Virus record (IMG/VR): IMGVR_UViG_2917886563_000007
Reading direction: 5' to 3' (one strand)
DNA from: a virus
Taxonomy: Duplodnaviria > Heunggongvirae > Uroviricota > Caudoviricetes
Length of the DNA stretch: 64,000 bases
The translations under genes were made by a program, and so were the position numbers. The notes below the pieces were generated by a model. The model ran no database searches, was not told the origin of the DNA, and saw only the letters and a program-made list of their open reading frames with translations. Positions within the stretch are counted from its first letter, which is position 1, and each line of letters begins with the position of its first letter. Of the stretch, positions 62,935-64,000 are shown piece by piece.

Positions 62935-63927
62935 ATGTCTAAAGTTATTACCTTTAACCGTACCGGAGGCCCGGAAGTGCTGGAATTTGTTGATGTACAG
63001 GTGCCTGCGCCGACAGCGGGTGAAGTGCAGATCCGCGTACATGCGATAGGTATCAACCGTGCAGAAATCATGTACCGCAACGGCCAGTATGTTATTGAGC
63101 CGGAATTTCCGGCACGTCTTGGTTATGAAGCGGCTGGCGTTGTGCAGGCCGTAGGTGAGAATGTTGATGAGTTTACCATTGGAGATCTGGTCAGCGTTAT
63201 CCCTTCATTTATGTTTAATGAATACGGTATGTACGGTGAAGTGGTCAATGCACCTGTGCATGCTATCGTGAAGCATCCTGAAAACCTTTCTTTTGAGGAA
63301 GCCGCTGCAAGCTGGATGATGTATGTCACCGCTTATGGTGCGCTGGTTGAATATGGCAATCTTCAGGCTGGTCAGAATGTTGTGATCCGCGCAGCATCAA
63401 GCAGCGTAGGTCTGGCTGCCATACAGATAGCTAACATGCTGGGTGCAAACCCAATTGCACTCACTCGGACCTCTGAAAAAAGTGAAATGCTACTGAAAGC
63501 TGGCGCAGCTGCCGTCATTGCTACTGCAGAGCTGGATATGGTTGCTGAAATCAATCGAACAACAGATGGCGTAGGTGCCCATATTGTTTTTGATCCCGTC
63601 GGCGGGCCGGACGTGGCAAAACTGACGCAGGTGATGGCATCACAGGGCATGTTTTTCCAGTATGGCGCGCTCGATAGCCGTGACATGCTTGTGCCTGTAT
63701 TTAATATTCTCGGTAAGCATCTCACTCTGCGTGGATATGAGCTGTTTGAAATCACGACTGATTCTGAAAAAATGGCGCGCGCAAAATCCTTCATAACAGA
63801 AGGCTTACGAGCTGGCAAACTGAAACCGGTCATCGATAAAACGTTCCCGTTCGAAGAGATTGCAGACGCCCAGCGCTATATGGAGGCCAATGGCCAGGTA
63901 GGCAAAATAGTCGTGACCGTTGAGTAA
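62935..63927 (+). CDS. zinc-type alcohol dehydrogenase / quinone oxidoreductase family protein
   Basis: 330-aa ORF; MDR fold signatures (…GEVQIRVHAIGINRAE…, …AASSSVGLAAIQIA…). Confidence 0.8.
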   Translation: MSKVITFNRTGGPEVLEFVDVQVPAPTAGEVQIRVHAIGINRAEIMYRNGQYVIEPEFPARLGYEAAGVVQAVGENVDEFTIGDLVSVIPSFMFNEYGMYGEVVNAPVHAIVKHPENLSFEEAAASWMMYVTAYGALVEYGNLQAGQNVVIRAASSSVGLAAIQIANMLGANPIALTRTSEKSEMLLKAGAAAVIATAELDMVAEINRTTDGVGAHIVFDPVGGPDVAKLTQVMASQGMFFQYGALDSRDMLVPVFNILGKHLTLRGYELFEITTDSEKMARAKSFITEGLRAGKLKPVIDKTFPFEEIADAQRYMEANGQVGKIVVTVE

Positions 63928-64000
63928 TCCTTACCACAGCATTTTATAAATGAGCCTGGTGAAGCCTGGATATTATCCAGGCTTCGATGCAATGGCTCCG

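Overview
Enterobacterial (E. coli-like) chromosome at the proA-thrW locus carrying two tandem mobile elements. proA (1-1254) and tRNA-Thr (1369-1444) are followed by (i) an ~18.9 kb CP4-6/P4-type integrative island (1445-20310), closed by a 49-bp direct repeat of the tRNA 3' end (20262-20310), and (ii) a complete lambda-like mosaic prophage (about 20311-61600). The island carries a defence-like cargo: a zinc-ribbon protein with an HEPN-like motif, a convergent HNH endonuclease / C5 cytosine methyltransferase pair with a poly-G tract in the methyltransferase tail, a CbtA/CbeA-type toxin-antitoxin with RadC and antirestriction genes, and a ~1024-aa PHP-nuclease / SMC-like ATPase fusion resembling the single-gene Ppl defence protein. 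These are the strongest candidates for the less-described system; I cannot prove novelty without database searches. The prophage has a P22/DLP12-type integrase, lambda-like exo/bet/gam, a non-lambda immunity region, iteron-containing O, P, ren, a nin region with rusA, Q, a phage-21-type lysis cassette, cos, and lambda-like head and tail genes Nu1 to J, with a divergent J C-terminus and chimeric tail fibres. The window ends with a LysR regulator and a zinc-type oxidoreductase. All protein identifications are by eye from the translations and recalled family sequences; no searches were run.
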